This document shows positions 42,742-53,059 of a stretch of 64,000 bases of DNA, one piece after another (within the stretch, counting starts at the first letter, position 1; each line of letters starts with the position of its first letter). The position numbers and the translations under genes are program-made. Source of the DNA: Patescibacteria group bacterium (GTDB lineage: Bacteria; Patescibacteriota; Patescibacteriia; UBA1558; UBA10009); the NCBI GenBank assembly GCA_041662565.1, contig JBAZSE010000001.1:257084-321083 (forward strand). Direction: 5' to 3'. The notes under the pieces were generated by a model, which made no database searches, was not told the DNA's origin, and saw only the letters and a program-made list of their open reading frames with translations.

Positions 42742-43596
42742 ATGCCAAATCTTATCGCTTTATTGCATACCGGCATCCGTGAGGAAGAGCGGATGATTTT
42801 GGAAAAAGCTAAAGAACTGGGAGTGGCCATGGAACCCTTGGACGCCCGAGGTGTTGTTTTTGGTTCTCAAAATAGAGATTCTTTTACCAAATACAGTTTG
42901 GTTTTACAGCGTTGTGTGGCGGCCAATAAAGCCGAGAATGTTTTGTGGTATTTTGAAGAAATGGGAATTCCGGTGGTTAACAGCTTAGCCATTTCTGAAT
43001 TGTGTAAAAATAAATTCGCCACTTCTTTAAGGTTATTTGAAAAAGGTGTGCCCACTCCACGCTTTGCTTTGGTTTTTAACGAAGCATCCGCTTTAAATGC
43101 GGTAAAAGATTTAGGCGGTTTTCCGGTGGTGATTAAGCCCATCAAGGGTACTTCTTGGGGCCGGTTAATGGGTAAGGTTAATGATGCCGATGGCCTAGAA
43201 ATGATTTTGGAACACAAAGAAGCCATGGGCGTTAATCATCAATCGTTTTATTTACAAGAATATATCAATAAGCCGGGAAGAGATATTAGAATTTATGTAG
43301 CTCAAGGTGAAGTGTACGCCGCAATATATCGTTTTGCCCCCCATTGGATAACTAATACGGCCAGGGGCGCCACGGTAGAAGTTTGCCCAATTACGCCCGA
43401 GATTCAAGAACTGGGCAAAAAAATCCAATCAGCTATGGGTAATGGATTATTGGCCGTTGATCTTTTTGAAAGTGAACAGGGTTTACTGGTTAATGAAGTT
43501 AACGATAATATGGAATTTAAAAACGTGGTAAAAATTACAGGCCAGGATGTGCCTAAGAAAATTATTGAATACTGTCTGTCAGTCATGAAGAGTTAG
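42742..43596 (+). CDS. lysX: ATP-grasp ligase LysX/ArgX (RimK family), LysW C-terminal Glu ligase
   Basis: RimK-like ATP-grasp pattern (GGFPVVIKP...GSWGR...FYLQEYI...RDIRIYV...VNEVN), immediately downstream of lysW. Confidence 0.8.
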   Translation: MPNLIALLHTGIREEERMILEKAKELGVAMEPLDARGVVFGSQNRDSFTKYSLVLQRCVAANKAENVLWYFEEMGIPVVNSLAISELCKNKFATSLRLFEKGVPTPRFALVFNEASALNAVKDLGGFPVVIKPIKGTSWGRLMGKVNDADGLEMILEHKEAMGVNHQSFYLQEYINKPGRDIRIYVAQGEVYAAIYRFAPHWITNTARGATVEVCPITPEIQELGKKIQSAMGNGLLAVDLFESEQGLLVNEVNDNMEFKNVVKITGQDVPKKIIEYCLSVMKS

Positions 43597-43775
43597 TTTT
43601 AAGTCGGCTGAGATTGGTAATTTTTTTCGTAACGGGACTGTGTGAGCCGAAATTACATCGCGCAACCAAAGTCGCTAAAAGGAGCATTAGATTAAATCAA
43701 AGCACAAATGGTAGGCGAGTTTCGCGAGCGGAAAAAATTAGCAATTTCAGCCGACATTTTAGTAGAGATATTTTT

Positions 43776-44819
43776 ATGAATCAAGAAAAAATAAAAATAG
43801 CCATAGTTGGCGCCAGCGGTTATGCCGGCGGGGAATTATTAAGGATTTTACTCAATCATCCTTTGGTTGAAGTTGTTCAAGCCACTTCACGCAAGTTTTT
43901 TGGCAAAAAAGTTGCTTTGTTGCATCCAAATTTGCGCGGGCTTACGGATTTAAAATTTTGCCAACCCGCTGAACTAGTTAAGTGCGATTTGCTTATTTTA
44001 GCCACGCCCCATGGCGAGGTCATGGGCAATTTGGATCATTATTTAAAATTAGCCGATAAAATTATTGATTTATCAGCTGATTTTAGATTAAAAAATCCGG
44101 CTGATTATCCTAAATGGTATAAGCTTAATCATCCTGCCCCCAATTATTTGCCTAAATTTATCGGCGGTTTAGCCGAGCTTTATCGTGAGCAAATTAAAAC
44201 TGCCAATTTGGTATCTTGTTACGGGTGTGAAGCCACTTGCGCCATTTTAGGGCTTTATCCTTTATTTAAAGAAGGGGTAGTGGAAAATCATCAGGTTTTT
44301 TTGGATGTTAAAATAGGTTCCAGTGCGGCCGGGGCCGAAAGTTCCAGTTCCAGTCATCATCCCGAAAGAGCCGGCGCTGTTCGCTCTTATAAACCAACCG
44401 GGCACAGGCATATGGCCGAAATTTCTCAAGAATTGGGTAGCAACAAAGTTTATCTTTCCGCCACAGCGATTGAAATGGTTAGAGGTATTTTAATCACTTC
44501 GCAAATTTTATTAAATAAGGATTTAACCGAAGAGGATATTTTAGGCATTTACCGCAAGTTTTATTTAAACGAACCGTTTATTAGAATCATTCGCGATAAA
44601 ATGGGCTTGTATCGTTTTCCGGAACCAAAGATATTAGCCGGCAGTAATTTTTGCGATATTGGTTTTGAAAAAGAACAGGGGACTAATCGTTTGGTAGTTG
44701 TTTCGGCCATCGATAATTTGGTTAAAGGTACGGCTGGTCAGGCCATTCAGGCATTAAATATTATGTACGGCTTTGAAGAAAGAATTGGTTTGGAATTTCC
44801 CGGGCTTCATCCAATATAA
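43776..44819 (+). CDS. lysY: N-acetyl-gamma-glutamyl-phosphate reductase family (LysY/ArgC)
   Basis: IAIVGASGYAGGELLRIL Rossmann N-terminus and the active-site Cys region (SCYGCEAT). Confidence 0.85.
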   Translation: MNQEKIKIAIVGASGYAGGELLRILLNHPLVEVVQATSRKFFGKKVALLHPNLRGLTDLKFCQPAELVKCDLLILATPHGEVMGNLDHYLKLADKIIDLSADFRLKNPADYPKWYKLNHPAPNYLPKFIGGLAELYREQIKTANLVSCYGCEATCAILGLYPLFKEGVVENHQVFLDVKIGSSAAGAESSSSSHHPERAGAVRSYKPTGHRHMAEISQELGSNKVYLSATAIEMVRGILITSQILLNKDLTEEDILGIYRKFYLNEPFIRIIRDKMGLYRFPEPKILAGSNFCDIGFEKEQGTNRLVVVSAIDNLVKGTAGQAIQALNIMYGFEERIGLEFPGLHPI

Positions 44820-44832
44820 TTTTTATTTTTAT

Positions 44833-45639
44833 ATGATTTTAGTAAAAATTGGCGGTGGACAGGCAATAAATTTTGATTATATCGTTTCTGATATTGCCGA
44901 GCTTATTAAAAAAGGCGAACAATTTATTTTAGTGCACGGAGCTAATTATGAAAGAAACGAACTGGCTCGCAAACTGGGCATTGAAGTTAAAAAAATTACC
45001 GCTCCTTCGGGTATTTCTTCGGTTTACACCACGCCCCAGGTAATGGAAACAATTTTAATGAGCTACGCCGGGCTGGTTAATAAAAAATTAGTGGCTAAAT
45101 TGCAAAGCTTGAATGTTCCAGCTATTGGTTTAACCGGTGCAGATGGGCGGTTAATTGAAGCTGAAAGAAAAGAATTAATATTATCCCAAGAAGGTGAACG
45201 AGTTAGAGCCATCAGGGATGATTTAAGCGGTAAAGTAGTTAAAATAAATACCAATCTGTTGGAACTTTTATTGGCTAATAAATATGTGCCTGTTTTAACC
45301 ATTCCGGCTATAACCGCTTCAGGGCAGTTGCTTAATGTTGATAACGACCAGTTTTGCGCTATGCTGGTTAAAAGTTTAAAAATCAGTAGAATGGTTTTTT
45401 TATTTGAAGAAAAAGGTTTATTAAAAGAATCCGATAATCCCGATTCTGTGGTAAAAAAAATAACTTTTGCCAATTTAAATCAAGCTATGGCTTGGTCTAA
45501 CGGCCGGATGAAACAAAAGATATTGGGTGTTATTGGTTCATTACAAACCGGAGTTAAAGAAATTTATTTTGCCGATGGCCGAATAGAGCAGCCAATTTCC
45601 AATGCTTTAGCCGGCGAAGGCACGATTATCACCAATTAA
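44833..45639 (+). CDS. lysZ: amino acid kinase family (LysZ/ArgB)
   Basis: MILVKIGGG N-terminus and the AAK fold pattern. Confidence 0.8.
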   Translation: MILVKIGGGQAINFDYIVSDIAELIKKGEQFILVHGANYERNELARKLGIEVKKITAPSGISSVYTTPQVMETILMSYAGLVNKKLVAKLQSLNVPAIGLTGADGRLIEAERKELILSQEGERVRAIRDDLSGKVVKINTNLLELLLANKYVPVLTIPAITASGQLLNVDNDQFCAMLVKSLKISRMVFLFEEKGLLKESDNPDSVVKKITFANLNQAMAWSNGRMKQKILGVIGSLQTGVKEIYFADGRIEQPISNALAGEGTIITN

Positions 45640-45674
45640 ATTAATCCATTCCTTATTAATTATTTACTTCCCCT

Positions 45675-46331
45675 ATGTGCCGTTTTCTTATTATTAATCA
45701 ACAAGAGCCAAAAAACATTCAAGAATATCTTGTTCCCTTTGCAACCAGTTGCCAGCAAAGCGAACGCTGGCAAGGCGACGGTTGGGGAATCTCTTGGTTG
45801 GATAAGGGAGTTTGGAAAACTTATTATTCTTTAAAACCGATCTGGGAAGATCAAAAAAATTTCAGTCAGATCCCCATTAGCCAATTATTTTTAATCCATG
45901 CTCGGGGTTCTTCTTTTCCTAAAGATAAAGGCAATTTGGAATATAACCAACCGTTTATCAAGGGCAATTTGGCCTTTGTGTTTAACGGATTTTTAAATGG
46001 CGTTAAATTATCCCAACCAATTGAAGGCAAGGTTGGTTCGCAAAAGATTTTTAATTTATTACTTTCCTCATCCGGTTCTTTGGCTGCTGAAAAATTACAG
46101 CAAGCCACAAATGCCTTGCTTGGTAATTCTTCCATTGTTGAGGCCTTAAATATCGGCTTAGCCACACCTCAAGAAATTATTTTATTTAATCATTTTATTA
46201 CCCAAGGGACTTATCACCAGCTTTATAATTATCACACCAATAATTTAAGATTGGTTTCTCTGGAACCTTTTGGTGATTTTGCTTGGCAGGCCTTGCCTCA
46301 TGATCAGGTTATTAATATTCCGGTTTTGTAA
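45675..46331 (+). CDS. class II glutamine amidotransferase-like Ntn hydrolase (Cys2 nucleophile)
   Basis: MC N-terminus plus HARGSS...NQPF...FVFNGFLNG, matching the GATase-II HxRxAT...NxHPF...HNGxIxN pattern. It is embedded between lysZ and lysJ. Confidence 0.65.
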   Translation: MCRFLIINQQEPKNIQEYLVPFATSCQQSERWQGDGWGISWLDKGVWKTYYSLKPIWEDQKNFSQIPISQLFLIHARGSSFPKDKGNLEYNQPFIKGNLAFVFNGFLNGVKLSQPIEGKVGSQKIFNLLLSSSGSLAAEKLQQATNALLGNSSIVEALNIGLATPQEIILFNHFITQGTYHQLYNYHTNNLRLVSLEPFGDFAWQALPHDQVINIPVL

Positions 46332-46332
46332 T

Positions 46333-47493
46333 ATGGATAATTTAGCCATCCAAAAACAATTCATGTTGTCGCTTTATCCCAACCGCCAATTGGTTTTAAC
46401 CAAGGGCGAGGGCGTTTATTTATTTGATGAAGAGAATAATAAATATCTTGATTTGTTAAGCAATTACGGCGTTAATATTTTGGGTTATAATAATTTAGCG
46501 ATCAATCAGGTTTTGTCTGAACAGCTAAATAAATTAATTAATCTGCACGGCAGTTTTGGCAATGACCAAAGATCTTTGGCTTTGCAAAGTTTAGCTGATT
46601 GTTTGCCCAGTGGTTTAAATAAAGTTTTTTTTAGCAATTCCGGCACCGAAAGTATAGAAGCGGCTTTAAAGTTTGCTTTATTTGCTAGCGGCAAAACTCA
46701 ACTGTTAGCCGCGCGCAACGGTTATCACGGTAAAACCCTGGGCGCTTTAGGAGCTACCACCAGCCACCAGGATCATTATCGTCAGCCGTTTTTAAAATTT
46801 GTTCCCAAGTTTGATTTTATAGAATTTAACAACATCGCCAGTTTATCGGCTATTACCAATCAAACTGCCGCGGTTATTATTGAACCCTTGCAAGGTGAAG
46901 GCGGGGTAGTGGTTGGTAATAAAGATTTTTTTACCAAGTTACGGCAAATTTGCGACCAAACCGGAACATTACTTATTATGGATGAGGTGCAAACGGGATT
47001 AGGCAGAACCGGCCGGCTGTTCGCTTATGAGCATTTTGGCATTATTCCGGATATTTTGTGCTTAGGCAAGGGTTTGGCGGGCGGATTGCCGGCCGGCCTA
47101 ACTATTATTTCAGATTCAGTGGCTGCTAAATTAACCAAGGGCTTGCACACCAATACTTTTGGCGGCGGCCCGTTGGTTTGTGCGGGAATTAGTACTACTT
47201 TAAAGTTTTTGCAAGATAACAAGTTGCCTGTTCAGACCTCATTTAACGGATTGTATTTTATGAGTGAATTACAAAAATTAAATTCCCCGTTGATTAAAGA
47301 AGTTAGGGGATTGGGTTTGATGATTGCCATTGAATTAACAGCCAAGGCCTTACCCTATTTAATGGCTTTGCAAAAAAACGGCATAATTGCCGGACCAAGT
47401 GAAGAAAACGTGATTCGCTTGTTACCGCCTTTAATAATTTCTCAATCCGAAATTGATGAGGCCATTAGAATATTTAAGAAAGTTTTAAGTTAA
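46333..47493 (+). CDS. lysJ: class III PLP aminotransferase (LysJ/ArgD, acetylornithine aminotransferase family)
   Basis: DEVQTGLGRTG and the GKGLAGGLP PLP-lysine region. Confidence 0.85.
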   Translation: MDNLAIQKQFMLSLYPNRQLVLTKGEGVYLFDEENNKYLDLLSNYGVNILGYNNLAINQVLSEQLNKLINLHGSFGNDQRSLALQSLADCLPSGLNKVFFSNSGTESIEAALKFALFASGKTQLLAARNGYHGKTLGALGATTSHQDHYRQPFLKFVPKFDFIEFNNIASLSAITNQTAAVIIEPLQGEGGVVVGNKDFFTKLRQICDQTGTLLIMDEVQTGLGRTGRLFAYEHFGIIPDILCLGKGLAGGLPAGLTIISDSVAAKLTKGLHTNTFGGGPLVCAGISTTLKFLQDNKLPVQTSFNGLYFMSELQKLNSPLIKEVRGLGLMIAIELTAKALPYLMALQKNGIIAGPSEENVIRLLPPLIISQSEIDEAIRIFKKVLS

Positions 47494-47581
47494 AATTTTT
47501 TTAAATAAAAAATATCGTAGCAGTAAATTGTCTCCAATTCAAGAACCGATAGCTGGAGGCATTTTTATTTTTATCTAAAAA

Positions 47582-48184
47582 GTGCTAACCTTACCTCGGA
47601 TAAATATCCAGTTTATGCCGGAAAATAAGGATGAACAGCTGGCGGCTGCCTATTTGCAGGGCGATGCCGTGGCTTTAGAAACTTTGATTAAACATTATTT
47701 AAAGCCGATTTATGGTTTTGTTTTTAGGTTTGTTGGTAATAGATCGGATGCCGAAGATATTACGCAGGAAGTTTTTTTGCGTGTTTGGCGTTCTATGAAA
47801 AAGTTTGACCTTAAACGGTCTTTTCGGCCGTGGCTTTATGCTATTGCCAAAAACGTGGTTATTGATTGGTTGCGGCGCAAGAAAATTTTATCAGCCGCCC
47901 AACTGAGTTTAACCGAAGAAGATGAAGATTTGCTTGATAATTTGCCAGATGTTGGCCCGTTACCCGATGAAGTTTTGGATCAGCAATTTTTAGCTCAAGA
48001 GCTTGATCGGTTATTAACGGAACTGCCGGTTAAATATAAAACAGTCTTAGTACTTTATTATCAATCTGATTTTAGTTTGCCCGAGATCGCTGGAATTTTA
48101 AAAAAACCTTTAAATACGGTTAAAAGCTGGCATCGCCGGGGATTGCTTAATTTACGTCAGTTGGTTGATAAAAATCGTTTTTGA
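47582..48184 (+). CDS. ECF-subfamily RNA polymerase sigma factor
   Basis: Sigma-70 region 2 (DAEDITQEVFLRVWRS...RPWLYAIAKN) and region 4 (SLPEIAGILKKPLNTVKSWHRRG). Confidence 0.85.
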   Translation: MLTLPRINIQFMPENKDEQLAAAYLQGDAVALETLIKHYLKPIYGFVFRFVGNRSDAEDITQEVFLRVWRSMKKFDLKRSFRPWLYAIAKNVVIDWLRRKKILSAAQLSLTEEDEDLLDNLPDVGPLPDEVLDQQFLAQELDRLLTELPVKYKTVLVLYYQSDFSLPEIAGILKKPLNTVKSWHRRGLLNLRQLVDKNRF

Positions 48185-48235
48185 TTTTTTGCACCCAATT
48201 GGCTGGCGATTACGTATTAACTAATAGACACATCT

Positions 48236-48661
48236 ATGCCGCAAAATTATCAACAATTATTCAAATCATTGCCTTTACCCGAGCCGGCGGACGGTTTAGC
48301 CGATAAAATCATATCCGCCATTAGTGAGCAGGCCTTGCTTAAGCTACGCTTTAGGCTATTTTTTGGCTTAACGGCCATATTGGCTTGCGGCGTTGGTTTT
48401 TGGTGGTCGGGCGGTTTGTTGCAAAATAGTTTGGTTCAATCGGGTTTTTGGGAATTTTTTAAGTTATTTTTTTCCGACGCCAGCTCGGTGGTTTATTATT
48501 GGCAAAGTTTTTTATTAGCGCTTTTAGAATCTCTACCTGTTTTGGGGCTGGCAGCTATATTAGCTGTGACCTTGGTTTTTATCATGTCGCTTAAATTTAT
48601 TAATATTAATTGGTTAAGCTATAAAGCTTTTAACCGGCCTAATAATTATGGAACAAACTAA
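48236..48661 (+). CDS. putative anti-sigma factor / membrane protein
   Basis: Position immediately after the ECF sigma gene, with 2-3 TM helices. Confidence 0.3.
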   Translation: MPQNYQQLFKSLPLPEPADGLADKIISAISEQALLKLRFRLFFGLTAILACGVGFWWSGGLLQNSLVQSGFWEFFKLFFSDASSVVYYWQSFLLALLESLPVLGLAAILAVTLVFIMSLKFININWLSYKAFNRPNNYGTN

Positions 48662-49163
48662 TTTTTTTCAATCTAAAATATTTAAAATCTGCTTGTTGGT
48701 TTTGGTCTGGCTAATTTCTTTATTACTGGTTTTTAAAGCCGGTTTATTGATTGGCCTCACTAAAGCCAGGTTTAATTTTAGCTGGGGTGAAAATTATCAG
48801 GATAATTTTTTGGGCCGCCGGCCTGGGCCGAGCAAAATGATGATTAGGGATCTTGATGATCGGCTGTTAATGCCGGCTCATGGCGTAGCTGGCCAGATTA
48901 TTAAACTGAATGGACTGGAATTAGTGATTAAAGGGGATGATGGAGCGGAAAAAATAGTTTTGGTTAATGATCAGACCGAAATCAGGGAATTTCAAGATAA
49001 AGCCGCTTTAGCTGATCTTAAAATTGATGATTTTATCGTGGTCATTGGCGAACCCAATGAGACAGGACAAATTGCAGCTAAGTTTATCCGTTTAATGCCA
49101 CCTCGTCCGTCTAGCGGATTATTTGAGCCGATAATGGGGTTACCTAGACATCTTAAGATTTAA
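48648..49163 (+). CDS. membrane-anchored hypothetical protein
   Basis: N-terminal TM anchor. 171 aa. Confidence 0.3.
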   Translation: MEQTNFFQSKIFKICLLVLVWLISLLLVFKAGLLIGLTKARFNFSWGENYQDNFLGRRPGPSKMMIRDLDDRLLMPAHGVAGQIIKLNGLELVIKGDDGAEKIVLVNDQTEIREFQDKAALADLKIDDFIVVIGEPNETGQIAAKFIRLMPPRPSSGLFEPIMGLPRHLKI

Positions 49164-49174
49164 TTGATTATTTT

Positions 49175-50965
49175 ATGGTTGCTAAATTTTTAAGTTTTAT
49201 TTTTGCCCATAAGGTCTTAATGTTTTTTCTGGTAATTATTTTAGCCGGTGGCGGTTATTGGTTTTATCAGGACGCTCATTCTCAGGGCGCGGTTAGTACT
49301 TATGTGCTAGCCAAGGTTACTAAAGATACGCTAATTTCTACGGTTTCCGGCAGTGGACAGATGGCCGCCTCTAATCAGGTGGATCTTAAAGCTAAGGCCT
49401 CGGGTAAAGCTTTGTATGTGGGTGTGATTCAAGGGCAGGAAGTTAAAAGTGGCGCTTTGTTGGTTCAATTAGATACCCGTGAGGCGCAAAAATCGGTAAG
49501 GGATGCTCAAGCTAATTTGGCTTCGGCCGAACTGGCCATGGAAAAATTACAGCAGCCGGCCGATCAGTTAAGTTTATTGCAGCAAGAAAATTCTTTAGCT
49601 CAGGCAGAAGAAAATAAACAGACAACCCTTGATGATTTGGAAAAAGATTACGATGACGGTTTTAATTCCGTGGCTAACGCCTTTTTGGATTTGCCTGATG
49701 TGATGAATGGCTTGACCGCAGTTTTATTTGGTACAGATTTAAGTACGCAAAAAAGTTGGAATATGAATTTTTTTACCGACAGCGTTAAGTCTTATGATCC
49801 GACCGTAGAAATTTATCGTCAGAGCGCCGAGAACTCTTATCTCCAGGCACAAGAAGCTTATGAAGAAAATTTTAATAACTACAAGGTGGAAGGGCGTTTT
49901 TCCGATACTGAGGCTATTGAAAATTTAATTGATCAGACCTACAATACCACTAAAAAAATCGCTGAAGCCATTAAAAATTCTAACAATTTGATTCAATTTT
50001 ATCTTAATAATTTAGCTAATCGTAATATAAAACCCAGCGCCACGGTGACCGCCTATCTGGCTGATTTGAATAGCTATACCAGCCAAACCAATAACCATCT
50101 TTCCAGTTTGTTATCTATTAAGCGCGCTATTCAAACCGGCAAAGAAGATATTATTAACGCCGATCGGACAATTGCCGAACGCACTCAATCTTTGGCCGAT
50201 CTTAAGGCCGGAACCGATCAATTGGATCTTAAATCCGAGCAGTTAAGTTTAAAGCAGCGTCAAAATGCGCTTTTGGATGCTCAAGAAAAATTAGCCGATT
50301 ATTATATCCGCGCTCCTTTTGCAGGGGTGGCGGCTCAGGTTGAGGTTAAAAAAGGCGATGATGTTTCTTCGGGTTTAGTGGCTATTACTTTAATTACCAA
50401 ACAGCAGTTGGCGGAGATTTCTTTAAATGAGGTTGATGCCGCTAAAGTTAAGGCCGGCCAAAAAGCGACTTTGACTTTTGATGCTGTACCGGATCTGACT
50501 TTAACCGGCAGTGTGGTTTATTTAGATGCCGTCGGTACTGTTTCTCAGGGTGTTAGTTCTTATGTGGCCAAAATTGCTTTTGATGCTCAAGATGATCGGG
50601 TAAAACCCGGTATGAGCGTTTCTGCCAGTATTATTACCGAAGTTAAATCCGATGCTTTGTTGGTTCCAAATACTGCGTTAAAGATTCAAGGAGAAAGTTA
50701 TTATGTGGAAATGCCCGATTCAGCCGATCCTGCCTTGATTTCGGGTAATCAGTCAGGTGTGGTTTTAACGCTCCCAACAACTCGCAAAACAGTTTTAATT
50801 GGTTCTGCTAATGACGAATTTACCGAAATTATTTCTGGTTTAGCAGAGGGCGAAAATATTATTTCCAATACCCTTAGTGCGGTTAAAACCACGGCCACTC
50901 AAACATCCGCCAAAAGCGGTGGGTTTAGTATTCCCGGTTTAACAGGCGGAGGGCCTGGTCGATAA
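49175..50965 (+). CDS. efflux transporter periplasmic adaptor (HlyD/MacA family)
   Basis: N-terminal TM, long coiled-coil hairpin region, and a beta-barrel/lipoyl-like C-terminal region. It precedes the ABC ATPase and FtsX-like permease. Confidence 0.75.
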   Translation: MVAKFLSFIFAHKVLMFFLVIILAGGGYWFYQDAHSQGAVSTYVLAKVTKDTLISTVSGSGQMAASNQVDLKAKASGKALYVGVIQGQEVKSGALLVQLDTREAQKSVRDAQANLASAELAMEKLQQPADQLSLLQQENSLAQAEENKQTTLDDLEKDYDDGFNSVANAFLDLPDVMNGLTAVLFGTDLSTQKSWNMNFFTDSVKSYDPTVEIYRQSAENSYLQAQEAYEENFNNYKVEGRFSDTEAIENLIDQTYNTTKKIAEAIKNSNNLIQFYLNNLANRNIKPSATVTAYLADLNSYTSQTNNHLSSLLSIKRAIQTGKEDIINADRTIAERTQSLADLKAGTDQLDLKSEQLSLKQRQNALLDAQEKLADYYIRAPFAGVAAQVEVKKGDDVSSGLVAITLITKQQLAEISLNEVDAAKVKAGQKATLTFDAVPDLTLTGSVVYLDAVGTVSQGVSSYVAKIAFDAQDDRVKPGMSVSASIITEVKSDALLVPNTALKIQGESYYVEMPDSADPALISGNQSGVVLTLPTTRKTVLIGSANDEFTEIISGLAEGENIISNTLSAVKTTATQTSAKSGGFSIPGLTGGGPGR

Positions 50966-50968
50966 TTT

Positions 50969-51673
50969 ATGCTGTCCGTTAAAAACATCAGTAAAATTTA
51001 TCAGATCGGCGATAATATTACCACAGCTTTGAATAATGTCAGTTTTGATATTAAAGACGGTGAGTTTGTGGCGATTATGGGGCCTTCTGGGAGCGGCAAA
51101 TCTACGCTGATGCATATTTTGGGTTGTTTGGATATACCAACTTCCGGATCTTATTTGTTAGATGAGCATGATGTTGCTCATATGTCCGATGATCAGTTGG
51201 CCGAAATTCGCAATCAAAAAATCGGTTTTGTTTTTCAGGGATTTAATTTGTTAGCCAGGGCTACTGTTTTGCGCAATGTTATTTTGCCCCTGGTTTACGC
51301 TGGTTTGGAAAAATCCAAGCGTCAGGCCGCAGTCAAGTTGGCTTTGGAGGCAGCAGCTTTTCCGGAAAAATTTTGGCAGCATCGGCCTAATGAACTTTCT
51401 GGCGGTATGATGCAACGAGTGGCGATTGCTAGAGCCCTGGTTAATAATCCGGCTTTAATTTTGGCCGATGAGCCGACCGGTAATTTGGATACCAAAACTG
51501 GCGAGGCCGTATTGGCGACTTTTCAGCATTTGCATCAAGTCCAGCATCGTACCATTATTTTAATTACCCACGAACTTTATGTAGCCGAGCACGCTCAAAG
51601 AATTATTCAGATTCGTGATGGCGCTTTAATTTCCGATACGCAGGTGGTTAATCGCCGTTTAGCAAAGTTATAA
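50969..51673 (+). CDS. ABC transporter ATP-binding protein (MacB/LolD-like)
   Basis: Walker [13 protein letters not shown] signature [15 protein letters not shown], Walker [12 protein letters not shown]. Confidence 0.9.
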   Translation: MLSVKNISKIYQIGDNITTALNNVSFDIKDGEFVAIMGPSGSGKSTLMHILGCLDIPTSGSYLLDEHDVAHMSDDQLAEIRNQKIGFVFQGFNLLARATVLRNVILPLVYAGLEKSKRQAAVKLALEAAAFPEKFWQHRPNELSGGMMQRVAIARALVNNPALILADEPTGNLDTKTGEAVLATFQHLHQVQHRTIILITHELYVAEHAQRIIQIRDGALISDTQVVNRRLAKL

Positions 51674-51682
51674 GATATTTTT

Positions 51683-52894
51683 ATGAAAACCGAAGATATT
51701 TTTCAAGAAACCTTTTCCGCCTTATTGGCCAATAAAGTCCGCTCGGGCCTGACTATTTTAGGTATTGTGATTGGTATTGCTTCGGTAATTGCTATGGTAG
51801 CTATTGGCCAAGGCGCTAGCAGCAACATTCAATCCAGCATCGAGGGATTGGGTTCAAATTTACTAACAGTTTCGCCAGGGGCGGCGCAAGCAGGCAGTGG
51901 TTTTGTTTCTTCCGGCCGCGGTGGCGCGCAAACTTTAAAAAATGGCGACGCCGAAGCTTTGCGGGATTTGGATGGTGTCGCGGCGGTTTCGCCGGAATAT
52001 CAAAGCCGTTTTCAAATTGTCGCGCCTGGTTATAATACTAATTCCACTGTGATTGGCGCAACTGCCGGTTATGCCGAAGTCAGAAATGTGACCATTGATC
52101 GCGGCTCGTTTTTAACTTCCAGTCATGAATCTGCGATATCCAAAGTGGCGGTTGTCGGGCCTACAGCAGCCGTTGATTTATTTGGCGAAGGCGTTGATCC
52201 AGTAGGTAAAACTATTAGGATTAAGGGAGTAAATTTTAAAGTGATTGGTATATTAAAGGCCATTGGCGGTTCAGGGTTTTTTAATCCAGATGAAGCCGTG
52301 TTAGTGCCTTTAAGCACAATGCATAAGATTTTAGCCGGAGTGGAACATCTTTCCAATATTTCCATCAAAGTAATTACTAAAGAGCAAATGAGTTTGGTTC
52401 AGGAACGAGCAACTGCTTTATTACTGAGTCGCCATAAAGTTGTTGAGGCGGATTTTTCCGTTGTTTCTCAGGCCGATATTTTAGGTGCCTTAACTTCAGT
52501 CACCAATACTTTTACTTTTTTCTTAGCATCCATTGCTGGTATTTCTTTATTGGTTGGCGGTATAGGAATTATGAATATGATGTTAACGGCCGTAACCGAA
52601 AGAACCAGGGAAATCGGTTTAAGAAAAGCCATCGGCGCGCGCAAACGCGACATTTCCACTCAATTTTTAATTGAAGCGATTATGTTGACTTTTTTTGGTG
52701 GTGCTGTTGGCGTTATTTTAGGCAGTTTAACGGCTTCTTTGGTAACGCGTTTTTCGGGTATTGCTACCACAATTTCTCTTCAGTCGGTTTTATTGGCTTT
52801 TGGCGTGTCTGCTTTTATTGGCATTCTCTTTGGTTATTATCCGGCGGCCAGGGCGGCGGGTTTAAGGCCGATTGAAGCCTTGAGATATGAATAA
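51683..52894 (+). CDS. ABC transporter permease (MacB_PCD plus FtsX domain)
   Basis: N-terminal TM, large periplasmic domain, and a C-terminal FtsX 3-TM bundle. Confidence 0.85.
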   Translation: MKTEDIFQETFSALLANKVRSGLTILGIVIGIASVIAMVAIGQGASSNIQSSIEGLGSNLLTVSPGAAQAGSGFVSSGRGGAQTLKNGDAEALRDLDGVAAVSPEYQSRFQIVAPGYNTNSTVIGATAGYAEVRNVTIDRGSFLTSSHESAISKVAVVGPTAAVDLFGEGVDPVGKTIRIKGVNFKVIGILKAIGGSGFFNPDEAVLVPLSTMHKILAGVEHLSNISIKVITKEQMSLVQERATALLLSRHKVVEADFSVVSQADILGALTSVTNTFTFFLASIAGISLLVGGIGIMNMMLTAVTERTREIGLRKAIGARKRDISTQFLIEAIMLTFFGGAVGVILGSLTASLVTRFSGIATTISLQSVLLAFGVSAFIGILFGYYPAARAAGLRPIEALRYE

Positions 52895-53059
52895 AACTTT
52901 TCTGCAATTTTAGATTTTTGGCTGCGACTTCGTCAAACTGCGCAAAATGATTTTCGACGTAACTTTATTACGCCTCAAATCATTTTGCTGGTTTTCCTTG
53001 TCTCGCCTAGAAATCTAAAATTGTATGGTATAAGTAAATTAATAATTAATTTTAAAAAA

